A DNA stretch of 64,000 nucleotides from Octopus sinensis (lineage: Eukaryota), in the NCBI RefSeq assembly GCF_006345805.1, contig NC_043015.1, positions 45,880,001-45,944,000 on the forward strand, in the 5' to 3' direction. Below are positions 18,808-31,770 of this stretch, piece by piece. Made by a program: the position numbers and the translations under genes. A model generated the notes under the pieces. That model ran no database searches, had not been told where the DNA came from, and saw only the letters and a list, made by a program, of their open reading frames with translations. The number at the start of each line of letters is the position of its first letter. Positions within the stretch are counted from its first letter, which is position 1.

Positions 18808-19876
18808 CTTCAAAAACTTGAAACGGGTTCTTGAAGCTAAGCCTAACGCCGAGTTGATTTCACGCAACGATACACTTATGAACATTCTTTTCTTCTGTCC
18901 TTTTTTTCCTGTACTTCCCGCGTACTCTCTCACTCTCTCTCTCTCTCTCTCTCTCTTTCTTTCTCTCCCTACGTTTCTATCTATCTATTTCTCTGTCCTC
19001 TATCTCTCAAACTCTCCCCTCCTCCTCTGGCTTTCTCAGACCTGTATATTCCTCCTATGTATTCATTCCTATCTCTCTATCTCACCCTAACACCCTTAAT
19101 GCCCCTTAAATTCGTCTATATCCGTCTAATCACATTTCTTTTTTCATGGTTAATTCACCATACGCTTTTGAGCACACACACACACACACAAACACACACA
19201 CTCTCTCTCTCTCATTTTGCTCATAATTTACCCCCTGGTACGTACGTACATACATACATACACACATACATACATTCATTCATATATACATGCATACATA
19301 CATATATACATACACACATACATACACATACATACATACATACATGCTTGCATACATACATACATACATACATACATACATACACACACGCATACATAAC
19401 ACACACATACATCATACATACATACATACATACATACATACATACATACACACAAACACTAATACATGCAACATACATACATACACAATACATACCACAC
19501 ACATACATACATACACACATACATACATGCATACACACATACATACACCACACAACATACATACACACAACATACATGCATACAACATACATACATACAT
19601 ACATACATACACACATACATACATACACACATACATACACACACACATACATACACACATACATACATGCATACATACATACATGCATACACACACACAC
19701 ATACTTACATTCATACATACATGCATACACACACACACATACATACATACATACATACATACATACATACACACATACATACATACACACATACATACAT
19801 GCATACATACATACATGCATACACACACACACACATACTTACATTCATACATACATGCATACACACACACACATAC

Positions 19877-19907
<31 letters not shown>

Positions 19908-20357
19908 ACTTAGCGGTTCGCTAATGAAAGGGCGCTAGAATAAGTATCGGACTTTAAAAAAGTTCAGAAGATGATCACTGGAATCGATCTATTCGACTAA
20001 TCTCTCTGCTTAGCCGCAGTTCAATGACTGAAGCAAATTATATACGCGTACACATAAACATACATACATACACACTCATACATGCATACATACATACACA
20101 GACACATACACACTCATACATACATATTATATACATACATACACACATATATACATACATACATACTACATACATACATACATAAACACATACACACAGA
20201 CACACACATACATACACGCATACACAAATACATAATACACACACATACATACATACTTACATACATGCATGCATACATATTATATACATGCACACATGCA
20301 AACATACATACATACACGCATACACAAACATACATACATACATACACATACATACAT

Positions 20358-20388
<31 letters not shown>

Positions 20389-20408
20389 TACATATTATAT
20401 ACATACAA

Positions 20409-20442
<34 letters not shown>

Positions 20443-20540
20443 TACATACATACTTACATACATAATACACACATACATACATACATTTGTGTATATCTAT
20501 ATACGAATATACCTGTACACACACACACACACACACGTTT
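18120..20540. repeat. Large (CA)n/(CATA)n microsatellite blocks
   Basis: Direct inspection; source of spurious Cys/Val- and His/Thr-rich ORFs. Confidence 0.95.
18186..18340. mobile_element. Two 25-bp TIR-TIR remnants of the GGATC MITE (18186-18210, 18316-18340)
   Basis: GGATCTTTTC-CTTTT-GAAAAGATCC, each flanked by CACACATA on both sides. Confidence 0.65.
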
Positions 20541-21439
20541 ATCTTTCTCTCATTATACTTTTCAAACCTGTCCCTGCTTCTTCCATATTTTTACATCATT
20601 TCTTCTGTCTTCCACCCCGCCTCCCCCTCCCTGTTCCTCCCGTATACTCCCCCCCACCCACCCACCGCCGTCTCTGACTTTACCACGTGCTTCTTTCTTT
20701 CATTCTTACCTTGTTCCATTCTCTTGTGTTCTTTCTGTCACTCAATCGAGATCCCTCTCCCCCCCCCTTTCGCCCCCCCATCCCTTCATCTCTCACTACA
20801 TCATTCTGTCCTTCTCCTCTCTCATTCTCTCTCTCTCTCTCTCTTTCTCTTTCTGTCTGTCTCTCTCTCTCTCTCTTTCATTCGCTTTCTCTCTCATTCT
20901 ATAACTGTTTATCGTTCGTTCGTTGTCTTACCGACCTATATTCATCATATATGCACATATTTGTAGATAACACACACAAACGCACAACCAAACACACACA
21001 CACACACGGATCCACAGAGGCAGATGTAGATATAAATACGCACGCACACACACACACACAAACACAAACGCACATACATTTACCTGTCTCACAACCAGAT
21101 TCATGTTTGGTATACACATTCAAAAGACCACGGACACACATACATACACACTCACACAAGTACAGATACAGACATAAACACAGCAAACACACACGCACTC
21201 GCACACACATACACTCACACACTTACACTTACTCATACACACCCAACTGTCGCTCAAACAGAATTATGTTTGACAAATACATTAAAAAACGCCATAACAT
21301 ACACACATTCAAATATGCGCAGACAGGAGAGAGATTTCACGTGGTCATTGGACCTGTTAGAAACATCACCGAAATTCCCTTCAAATCACATCAGGATCTT
21401 TTAAATAAAAAAGGACACATTAGCTATTTTTTTTTTCTA

Positions 21440-21735
21440 CTCTAGGTACAAGGCCCGAAGTTTTAGGGGAGAGAGCCAGTCGATTAGATCTACCCTAGTA
21501 CGGAACTGGTACTTAATTTATCGAGTCCGAAAGGATGAAAGGTATAGTCGACCTCGGCGGAATTTGAACTTAGAACGTAGCATTACTACCCACAAGGGGC
21601 TAAACACAGAGGTGACAAACAAGGACAGACAAACGGATTAAGTCGATTATATCGATACCAGTGAGCAACTGGTACTTATTTAATCGACCCCGAAAGTATG
21701 AAAGGCAAAGTCGACTTCGGCGGAATTTGAACTCA
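21440..21735 (-). mobile_element. SINE family B fragments (two bodies)
   Basis: gaaaggatgaaagg(c/t)a(a/t)agtcgac(c/t)tcggcggaatttgaact occurs twice. Confidence 0.8.
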
Positions 21736-21747
21736 TACATATATATA

Positions 21748-21900
21748 TACGACGGACTTCTTTTCAGTTTCTATCTACCAAATCTACTCACAAGGCTTTG
21801 GTCGGCCCAAAGCCATAGTAGAAGACACTTGCCCAAGGGACTGAGCCAGCAACCATGTGGTTGCTAAGCAAGCTAGTTACCACACAGCCACTCCTGCGCC
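21748..21900 (-). mobile_element. SINE family A, head
   Basis: ends cacacagccactcctgcgcc. Confidence 0.85.
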
Positions 21901-21994
21901 TATAAAAAAAAATGCTTCCTATTTCTAATTTAGAGTAAATTTTGACCGGCCACTGGCTTGGTAGCAAGGTTGTGAAAGTAAGTAACGAGATTTA

Positions 21995-22258
21995 AACGCC
22001 ATCCTTTAGATCTTAAGAAGATCTTGCGGATTTTTATAGTCCCAGATATCGTGGTCTTTTGTAGCTTATGAATTAAGGATTTGCACTATTTCCCAAAGAT
22101 TTGAAGTTCGGTCATACTTTGTTCCAGATGGTTTGGAATGTATCCTGTTGCTCCAATAACAGCGGGTATAAAGCTGAAAGAGTATCTTGGGTACTGAATT
22201 TGCTAATTCTTTATCAATGGTCCATAGATCTCCTCTTTCTCTTGTAATTTTTCTAACC
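21995..22258 (-). mobile_element. R4/NeSL-type (R2 superfamily) retrotransposon, restriction-like endonuclease C-terminus remnant
   Basis: Minus frame: KLQEKEEIYGPLIKN*QIQYPRYSFSFIPAVIGATGYIPNHL...LIHKLQKTTISGTIKIRKIFL, resembling the K..KY..L / IPIVIGALG / LQK..L.GT.KI pattern; two stops. Confidence 0.65.
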
Positions 22259-22367
22259 ACATCCGTGCGTATGTATGTATGTATGTATGTATGCATGTAT
22301 GTGTGTATGTGTGTATGTATGTATGTGTGTATGTATGTATGTATGTATGTGTATGTATGAGTTTAAT

Positions 22368-22757
22368 ACTCTTTTACTTGTTTCAGTCATTTGACTGTGG
22401 CCGTGCTGGAGCACCGCCTTTAGTCGAGCAAATCGATCCCAGGACTTATTCTTTGTAAGCCTAGTACTTATTCTATCGGTCTCTTTTGCCGAACCGCTAA
22501 GTTACGGGGACGTAAACACACCAGCATCGGTTGTCGAGCTTTGTGGGGGGGGTGACAAACACAGACACACAAACATACACACACATACATAAATATATAC
22601 ATATATACGACGGGCTTCTTTCAGTTTCCGTCTACCAAATCCACTCACAAGGCTTTGGTCGGCCCAAAGCCATAGTAGAAGACACTTGCCCAAGGGACTG
22701 AACCCGCAACCATGTAGTTGGTAAGCAAGCTACTTACCACACAGCCACTTCTGCGCC
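22368..22757 (-). mobile_element. SINE family A, full length
   Basis: Reverse-complement alignment to 320-776. Confidence 0.9.
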
Positions 22758-23020
22758 TATATGAGTTTAATATAAGTTCTTGAGAGAGTTCAAGTCTGTC
22801 GGTAACAAATCAACAAAACTTTTTGAGTTAAGAGTTTTCCTGGTGTTTGTAAATATATGGTTGAGTTAGTGTGTTGGTTGAATTGTTGATGCATACGTCC
22901 AAGTGAGTGCATCTATTCACTTAAGAATCTCACATAGAGTAATTTTGCAGAAAAACCACACTGCTTTGTGTATTTGCGGCTAATCGTTTCAACACCCTTC
23001 TATTGACTTTCAATATGTGT

Positions 23021-23248
23021 TTCTTTATTACCCACAAGGGGCTACACACAGAGGGGACAAACAATGACACACAAACGAATTAAGTCGATTACATCGACCC
23101 CAGTGCGTAACTGGTACTTATTTAATCGACCCCGAAAGGATGAAAGGCAAAGTCGACCTCGGCGGAATTTGAACTCAGAACGTAGCGGCAGACGAAATAC
23201 GGCAACGCATTTCGTCCAGCGTGCTAACGTTTCTGCCAGCTCGCCGCC
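23021..23248 (-). mobile_element. SINE family B, full length
   Basis: Complete head-to-tail match. Confidence 0.9.
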
Positions 23249-23360
23249 ATATTGACTTTCAATATGATTTACCCAACATTCAACCGGCATCTTAAAGCAA
23301 AGGGAGTGCGACATTCAAGATGCTTCGGCTCGGAGGAAGGGGCACATTCACTATCCAGAA

Positions 23361-24160
23361 AAGTGCAGGTTAAAGTTCAAAAATGCAGGTTAAAGTTCAA
23401 AAGTGCAGGTTAAAGTTTAAAAGTGCAGGTTAAAGTTTAAAAGTGCAGGTTAAAGTTTAAAAGTGCAGGTTAAAGTTCAAAAGTGCAGGTTAAAGTTCAA
23501 AAGTGTAGGTTAAAGTTCAAAAGTGCTGGTTAAAGTTCAAAAGTGCAAGTTAAAATTCAAAAGTGCAGGTTAAAGTTCAAAAGTGCAGGTTAAAATTCAA
23601 AAGTGCTGGTTAAAGTTCAAAAGTGCAGGTTAAAGTTCAAAAGAGCAGGTTAAAGTTCAAAAGTGTAGGTTAAAGTTCAAAAGAGCAGGTTAAAGTTCAA
23701 AAGTGTAGGTTAAAGTTCAAAAGTGCAAGTTAAAGTTCAAAAGTGCAAGTTAAAATTCAAAAGTGTAGGTTAAAGTTCAAAAGTGCAGGTTAAAATTCAA
23801 AAGTGCTGGTTAAAGTTCAAAAGTGCAGGTTAAAGTTCAAAAGAGCAGGTTAAAGTATAAAAGTGCATGTTAAAGTTCAAAAGTGCTGGTTAAAGTTCAA
23901 AAGTGCAGGTTAAAATTCAAAAGTGCAGGTTAAAGCTCAAAAGTGCAGGTTAAAGTTTAAAAGTGCAGGTTAAAGTTCAAAAGTGTAGGCTAAAGTTCAA
24001 AAGTGCTGGTTAAAGTTCAAAAGTGCAGGTTAAAGTTCAAAAGTGCAGGTTAAAGTTCAAAAGTGCAGGTTAAAATTCAAAAGTGCAGGTTAAAGTTCAA
24101 AAGTGCAGGTTAAAATTCAAAAGTGCAGGTTAAAATTCAAAAGTGCTGGTTAAAGTTCAA
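23361..24160 (+). repeat. 20-bp satellite, 40 copies (AAGTGCAGGTTAAAGTTCAA)
   Basis: Exact 20-bp phase over 800 bp, substitutions only. Confidence 0.98.
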
Positions 24161-24248
24161 ATAGCAATAGAGAATCCAAGAGTCGTAGAAGAATATTCCT
24201 CTTCATCAATCGTCCCTGTTTCATCTACTCCACGTTTCGAAGGTAATA

Positions 24249-24287
<39 letters not shown>

Positions 24288-24289
<2 letters not shown>

Positions 24290-24500
24290 AGGCGCAATGG
24301 CCCAGTGGTTAGGGCAGCGGACTGGCGGTCGTAGGACCGTGGTTTCGATTCCCAGACCGAGTGCTGTGAGCGTTTATTGAGCGAATGCACCTAAAGCTCC
24401 ACGAGGTGGCGTCATCTGAAGGCTAAAGCAATGCGAAGCGCATTGTGACCAGCGATGTGTAGCAACATCCGATAGCCTGGTCGGTCACGTGATCCCGTGA
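24288..24500 (+). mobile_element. SINE with family-C head and a third body type
   Basis: ggaggcgcaatggcccagtgg...gtttcgattccc...aaagctccacgagg, then divergent sequence. Confidence 0.75.
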
Positions 24501-24639
24501 TAAATATATATATATATAGATATATATATATATATATATAGATATATATATATATATATATATAATATATATATATATATAAAACATTATTGGTGAATTG
24601 AAGAAATGGAGCTGAACGCAGATTGAACAGAAATCGTTT

Positions 24640-24733
24640 TATTTCATTCTACACGTGTTTCGAAAGGCACAAATTACCAAAATCCGATTGAATAATGGGA
24701 CCATATTGTGTCTTTCTCTTCAGGAAGAAAATA
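24640..24733 (-). ncRNA. Type-I hammerhead ribozyme with canonical core (Penelope-type)
   Basis: Minus strand: TATTTTCTTC CTGAAGA GAAAGACACAA[33 nt]TTGTGCCTTTC GAAA C-ACGT-G T A GAATGAAATA. Helix I 9/10 paired, helix II 10/11, palindrome ACACGTGT, GUA site (cleavage predicted between 24650 and 24649). Confidence 0.85.
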
Positions 24734-25459
24734 GGAAATCCGTTGGAAAAACAAAAACAGAACAGAGGCGGAGCAAAAACAAATCGAACTATGCTCCTAA
24801 GAGTCCATGGCGAAACTGTTTATCAGTGTAGTTGAGAACCGGTGGCTGAAGAATTTAACGGGTCAGGCATCGGTCAATCATGTGGGTGAGGGTGTGTAGG
24901 TGTTCTTTGTGACCGAGAATAAAGTTCTGACTATTTAAGGAATATTGGATGTTTTATAAGGGGCGAGAAAAAATCTACTTAGAGACGTGTGTGTGTGTAT
25001 ACTGTTCTATATATGTGTGTGTTGGCGTAGGGGTAGAAAACATTTTTTGTGTACGTGTGTGCGTTTGATCGTTCGGCTGGCAGTGGCTACTGCCGTGAGA
25101 ACCGTTGGGTGGCAGAAAAAAAAAATATATATTATGTTTTATGTGTGTGTGTGTTCATCTAAGCCTGCCTTGTCATATATATATATATATATATATATGC
25201 GAGTGGTGGTGTATTTATGTGTATGAGTGTGAGCCCGAACGCTTGACAACCAGTGCTGGTTTGTTTACGTCTCCGTAACCTTGCGGTTCGGCAAAAGGGA
25301 TTATGCAGCTGACTTAGAAGGTAAGTACTGAATTCGCTTTTTGTTCAACTCCACAATGAGGTGCTCCAAGGGTTTTCTTTTTAGCCAATATTAACGCCCT
25401 ATTATTATCTATAGCTGTTCTGCTTCGAGATCCACCGTTCCAAAAAAAAAAAAAACTAA

Positions 25460-25995
25460 ATGGTTCCGGGTTCAGTCTTCTACTATAGCTTTGGGTCGAC
25501 AAAAGCCCTGTAAGTGGATTTGGTAGACGGAAACTGAAAGAAGCCCGTCATATATGAGTGTGCGTGTGAGAGTGTGAAAGAGAGAGAGAGAGAGGGAGGA
25601 GGAGGAGCGAGAGGGAGACTGTGTGTGTGTGTGTGTGTGGATTTGGTAGACGGAAACTGAAAGAAGCCCGTCAGATATGAGTGCGTGAGAGTGTGAAAGA
25701 GAGAGAGAGAGGGAGAGAGAGGGGGCGAGAGGGAATGTGTGTGTGTTTGTGCGTGTGTGTGTGTGTGTGTATGTGTGTGTGTGTGAGTGTGTATGCCTTT
25801 GTGTCCGTTTTTGTCCCTCACCAACGCTTGACGACTGGTGCTGGTGTATGTACGTCCCTGTAACATAGCGGTTCAGCAAAAGAGACCGATGGAATAAGTA
25901 CCAGACGTTACAAAAAAAAGTCATAAGTACTGAGCTCGACAAAAATTCTTCAAGGCGTTGCCCCAGCATGGGCTGTAGTATAATGACTGACACAA
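25460..25995 (+). mobile_element. SINE family A, diverged, with internal ~120-bp duplication
   Basis: tggatttggtagacggaaactgaaagaagcccgtc occurs at ~25516 and ~25637. Confidence 0.78.
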
Positions 25996-26220
25996 AATGT
26001 AACAGGTATAAGTTTGGAAGACGCAACAAAAATTTTAGGGAAAATATATAAATGAATGGAAACTTTACCGGTGCGTGTGTTAAATGATAAGGCACTAAAA
26101 GAGAATGACTCTCCCCAGACAAAATATGCTTCAACACACGAACTCACATAAAGAATCTTGCAAACCAAATCCCAAAACGAAATACATACGTATGTATGTA
26201 TGTATGTATGTATGTATGTG

Positions 26221-26254
<34 letters not shown>

Positions 26255-26923
26255 TGTATGTATGTATGCATGTATGTATCTACGTATGTTATATGTATGT
26301 ATGTATGTGTGTGTGTATGTGTGTATGTATGTATGTATGTATATATGTATGTGTGTGTGTATGTATGTATGTATGTATGTATGTGTGTGTATGTATGTAT
26401 GCATGTATGTATGTATGTGTATGTAAGTATGTATGTATGTATGCATGTATGTGTATGTATGTGTGTGTGTATGTATGTATGTATGTATGTATGCATGTGT
26501 ATGTAAGTATGTATGTGTATGTAAGTATGTATGTATGTATGTATGTATGTATGCATGCATGCATGCATGTATGTATGTGGATGTAAGTATGCATGCATGT
26601 ATGTATGTATGTATGTATGTATGTATGTATGTATGTGTGTGTGCATGTATGTATGTGTGTGTGCGTGCATGCATGTGACAAATTATGTAATGATATACAG
26701 GGCGTGACTCAAAACACCATAAACGTAATAGACGGATAAATGACACCTAGTCAACCGTATCCAAGACCCGATTTCACTTAATTCGCTTTGGTATCGCCAA
26801 CAAATTCTGAATTTTAAAAAAATGGGCTTGAAAAAAACCCCCCAAAAAACTGCAAGAAAATCACCGAATTCCAACACAATACTTTCCTAATATACACACA
26901 GACACACACACACACACACCCAC

Positions 26924-26996
<73 letters not shown>

Positions 26997-27457
26997 GAGA
27001 GAGGGTGGAGGAAGATGCGTGTACGTTAAGTGAGCTATTATGTAAGTTCAGGTTCCATGCCTCACGTAAAACGACAGATTAATTTTAATTACATGCAACA
27101 AACATATCCTCCTATATAACATCATAGTAGTAAAAAAAAAAAAACAACCTCCCCTCTCCCCCCTTCTTTACTTTCTTAGTTATACCTCCTACTCATCCCT
27201 ACAGGTCCTCCCACCACTTCACTCCCTCTATCAATTCACCCTCTCTTTCCTCTCTCTCTCTCCCTCCCTCTTCACTCATCTTTCGTCATCGTTTTTTTTT
27301 CTGTATTGGACAACTTACACCTCCCACTGTCACTACACTGTCATCTCCCACTACGACACACACACGCCTTTTTTTTTTCTCTCTCTCTCTCTCTTTTGCT
27401 CACGAAACGAACTAAACTTGCGCGATTATTTTAGCTTTAAAGGTTGTGTGTTGTATA

Positions 27458-27514
<57 letters not shown>

Positions 27515-27672
27515 ACAAAGGGTGAAATTAATTAATTAAGAAGTAATCAGTAATTTCAACAATTTTCTGGGATTCCCTTTTTAAAGTAGAAGAAATAGCT
27601 AAGGTTTTTTGACTGCTATTTCTAAACTTCGGCATGTGGTGAAGCAAATCTTTGCCGACCCTAATTATAAAG

Positions 27673-27709
<37 letters not shown>

Positions 27710-28216
27710 ATAAATATATGTGTGTGTATATATATATATGTGTGTGTGTATATATATATGTGCGTGTGTATATATATATACACACAGATGCACTTACACA
27801 AATATATACACATGAAAAACAAATATGCATTTAAAGTACACACACACACATACATTTAAGTTGACACACGCGTGTGTGAATGGAGAGAGAGAGGGGGGAA
27901 GAGAGAGAAAGTGGAAAGCTAAGACCCCCCAACCACCACCACCACCACTGTTTAGCGAACCGTGACTACGACCCGATCTCGTTCCTGTTGCTTGGAACTG
28001 CTTCAGGATTCCTGCTGGATTTTGGTTCCATTCACGTCTCTTGTGCCCTTGGATAAAAGAATGGAAGTGTGTGTGTCTGTTTGTGGAGGGGGCGGTCGAA
28101 GTTATGAAAATCCGATTCACCCAATCGGATTCGGCTTCTTCAAGTTTTCTGCTTATTGTGAATAAGACAACATTGCAACAAATTACTCACTCTTTCCATT
28201 CCTTCGCGCAGAAGAC

Positions 28217-28275
<59 letters not shown>

Positions 28276-28309
28276 AGCATTAGAAAAACAAAAAAAAATG
28301 TATTACTAT

Positions 28310-28485
28310 AGACTCAAGGCCCGACCGAAATTTTGGTGTTCTGCTGGTACTTATATTTTATTGAGCAACCAAAAGGATGACAGGTAAAGATGACCTCGGC
28401 GGAATTTGAACTCAGAACCTAAAACCGGAAGAAATGTCATTAATCATTTTGTCCGACGCACTAATAATTCTCCCAGCTCGCCGCC
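28310..28485 (-). mobile_element. SINE family B, diverged
   Basis: acctcggcggaatttgaactcagaac...cccagctcgccgcc. Confidence 0.78.
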
Positions 28486-28599
28486 TTCAAAAAAAAAGAA
28501 GAAAAAAAAAATGACAAACGTGGTGGCAGGGTGCCGTACTAAAAACTATATATAAATGTCTTATATTTTTTCTTTGTCTTTCCACTTTATATTTATATA

Positions 28600-28640
<41 letters not shown>

Positions 28641-29449
28641 GATTTCATTTGAATGAAACAGTTCTAGTCCTGTAGAAGCTCCTTCTATAAAATATGTATT
28701 GAGTACCTTTTTACTACTGTGGTTAACCCCGACTCAACCCGGGACCTACATATATACTATATATATATATATATATCTATATTATAGCTTCATCTTTTCG
28801 TTCCGAATTCAAAATATTTCCCTCCCGCCCAAATCAAACTTAAAATAAAATAAAATAGAATAGAATAAAAATATCTGTTTCCTATTTCTACGAGGATCAA
28901 CTTATTCCTATGCGTGACCTTGTAAGAAATTATTGCTGTTATTATTGTTATTAGCTAGATATGTTTACAGAAACTCTAGACGTGCCGGATTATAAAATAA
29001 ACGAAATCCGAGTTGGGCACTCTAACCGTTTCTTCAACTCCAGCGCTTTCTGTCTTTAACTATTAATTATAATTATTAAAATCCTTTTTTTTTTTGCTTA
29101 CTTCAGACTTAAGATCCCTCTGTAATTTTGTACAAGAGATAATTAACTCCCTATTCTTTTTTATTTTACTTCATGCGACAGATGTGTAGTAGGTATGTAT
29201 GGTAGTAGGAAAATTCACTTTTTGACTTATTTAAGGAGTTTCGGTATATTTTGAATCGTTGCTTATAAGCGCTGGTTTGATTCGAAACATGATTGCAATG
29301 TTTATTTACTGCGCGCCCATTACTCTGTGAATATCTATACATACATACCTACATACTATTTTATTATTATTATTAATTATCATATTTATAAACACCATTA
29401 TTATTGGGGACCTGGCAGATCGTTAGTACCCCTCGACAAAATGCTTTAG

Positions 29450-29645
29450 CTGTGTTTAGCCCCTTGTGGGCAGTAAAGAAATAGGTATTTCGTCCGCCTT
29501 CACGTTCTAAGCTTAAATTCCGCCGAGGTCGACTTTGCCTTTCATCCTTTCGGAATCGATAAATTAAGTACCAGTAAAACACTGGATCGATATAATCGAC
29601 TAGACCCCCCTCTCCGCAAATTTCAGGCCTTGTACCTATAGAAAG
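29450..29645 (+). mobile_element. SINE family B
   Basis: ttagccccttgtgggcagtaaagaaatagg...ttccgccgaggtcgactttgcctttcatcc. Confidence 0.8.
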
Positions 29646-30482
29646 GATTATCATTATTATTAGTATTATTATAATTATTATTATATATGTACACACACAT
29701 CACTGAAATAAATTAATAAACTACCCCATGTGTTTTTCCTCTCTCGTTTCCAAATCCCAACGCGCGTATACATACATAAAAACGTGTGTATATATTATAT
29801 ATATATATATATAATACCGGTTAAGCATATCTTTGTGCGTGTGTGTTCGTTTAAAATCATATTTCTGCGTAAAACAGAGAAGCATCAAACATTGTGGTCG
29901 AGAAGAACTTCGTTTTCCAAGTTACTTTTAATAAACTCTAAACTGTTGCAGTCTGTGTTACTGTTGCTACTACTGCTAGTAATTATGACGATGATGAAGA
30001 TGATGATAGTCATATTGGCAAGTCTTATGGTGAGAGAGAGAAAGAGAGGTAATGCAAGCAACTAACTCAAAGTCTGTTAAGCCATTTTACTCACCTAGCT
30101 TCTCTTACTATCGCATATCTATACGTCCCTACCTACAAACGTTCACCCTACCTATATATCTATATCAGACCGACATACATACAGCCGAGCCGAAACAGCT
30201 TATTTCTGTCTAAAATAACCCAGTTGGTTCGCTTCCATTTCGTATCACTGATAGAGACGGTGAAAGGGTATTTTACTACAGACTTATGCAAATTGTCCGA
30301 CCAGCTGAGAGGGTCAATCGGTCAAAATTTCCATTCTAATAAGACAATAAAGCACTTTGAAAACCCAGAGACGGACAATAAGAATAGTAATCTTAAAGTT
30401 TTGTTTCCCAAAAGCTTAAACAGTTTCTTTCTATGCTTCTAAATTATTTAAAAATATATCCATTGAATACTTTATATTTCTT

Positions 30483-31008
30483 TCTGAAGTCAAATAAAAT
30501 ATATATTTCTTTACTATCCCACAAGGGGCTAAACACAGAGGTGACAAACAAGGACATACATAGGGATTAAGTCGATTACATCGACCCCAGTTCGTAACTG
30601 GTACTTAATTTATCGACCCCGAAAGGATGAAAGGCAAAGTCGACCTCGGTGTCTGAAGTCAAATAAAATACATATTTCTTTACTACCCACAAGGGGCTAA
30701 ACACAGGGGTGACAAACAAGGACAGACAAAGGGATTAAGTCGATTACATCGACCCCAGTTCGTAACTGGTACTTAATTTATCGACCCCCGAAAGGATGAA
30801 AGGCAAAGTCGACCTCGGTGTCTGAAGTCAAATAAAATACATATTTCTTTACTACCCACAAGGGGCTAAACACAGAGGTGACAAACAAGGACAGACAAAG
30901 GGATTAAGTCGATTACATCGACCCCAGTTCGTAACTGATACTTAATTTATCGACCCCCGAAAGGATGAAAGGCAAAGTCGACCTCGGTGTCTGAAGTCGA
31001 ATAAAATA
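30483..31008 (-). repeat. Three tandem 169-bp units: 5'-truncated SINE-B plus 19-bp flank
   Basis: TCTGAAGTCAAATAAAATA at 30483, 30652, 30821 and 30990 (last copy one mismatch), separated by near-identical SINE-B fragments. Confidence 0.93.
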
Positions 31009-31609
31009 TATTTAAAGAAAGTTTTACGCACCCGAACTAGTTGAAAAATGCTATTTTCGTAATTAAATGAACGAATCGTCGAAAGAAAAAAATAGAAATA
31101 AAAACATATTCGGTCAAGAAGACTAAATGCTTCAGTTAAGTAAAGTTCCGATTCACAAAATCCATGCTAGACATTGAAAAACTTTGCTTTTTTTCTTGGA
31201 CACGATGCTAAGAAAAATATAAACGATATTACGTTATATGGTTACTAGGTTATTTAATCAAAGTTTATCCTACCACTGTGAAGGGAGATTCTAAACTGTA
31301 AAGAAAAGGGGAAAAAAAACTTCTTAGATTTTTTCCCCAAAACCTATTAACGAACTAATTAAATAAGCCAACTCTGTACAGATATACTCCAGTTAACTAC
31401 TACTACTAAACCACACGAAACTGAAAACCAACATAACATACAGCATCACGACGAAACTAAACTAAAAAAGAAAATCGTTAAAATATAAAAAGTAATAATA
31501 ATAATAATGATAATAATAAATGAAGTAAAAATAAACAAGCTAACTAACAAACAAACTAACCAACCAGCAAACTAACCAACCAGCCGGCTAAACCAACAAA
31601 CAACTATAT

Positions 31610-31770
31610 GATCCTGTACACCCCCCGAACGATAGAATTCGCGCAGCCCAAGACCGCAAAAGCCATGCGCACTTCTCCACACGTGTTCAGTAAGATATTT
31701 GTATGAAGGAGAGTATCAACCAACACGGCAGCTCTGCATCTCTGCCGCCGCCGCCCCCCTTCCTCCTTCT
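31610..31770 (+). promoter_or_regulatory. Candidate promoter/TSS region of QKI
   Basis: Locally GC/CpG-rich, non-repetitive stretch (gcgcagccc, gccatgcgcac, cacacgtg, gccgccgccgccccc) about 2 kb upstream of the ATG in otherwise AT-rich DNA. No transcript evidence. Confidence 0.3.

Noticed and set aside
18054-20680. Many 100-280 aa ORFs rich in CV or HT/YI
   Set aside because: Pure (CA)n/(TACA)n microsatellite read-through.
23361-24160. 20-bp repeat as CRISPR
   Set aside because: Head-to-tail with no spacers; a satellite.
24795-24835. Second hammerhead-like string (CCTAAGA...GAAACTG/CAGT-G)
   Set aside because: Two core mismatches, G at position 17 and no helix I.
27975-28012. Minus-strand CTGAAGC-A-GTTCC/GGAAC-GAGA
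   Set aside because: GAGA instead of GAAA, no A15.1-U16.1 helix III and no helix I.
31543-31576. Three ACTAAC motifs upstream of QKI
   Set aside because: Embedded in a CTAA/CAAA/CCAA simple repeat and probably upstream of the transcription start; chance is likely.
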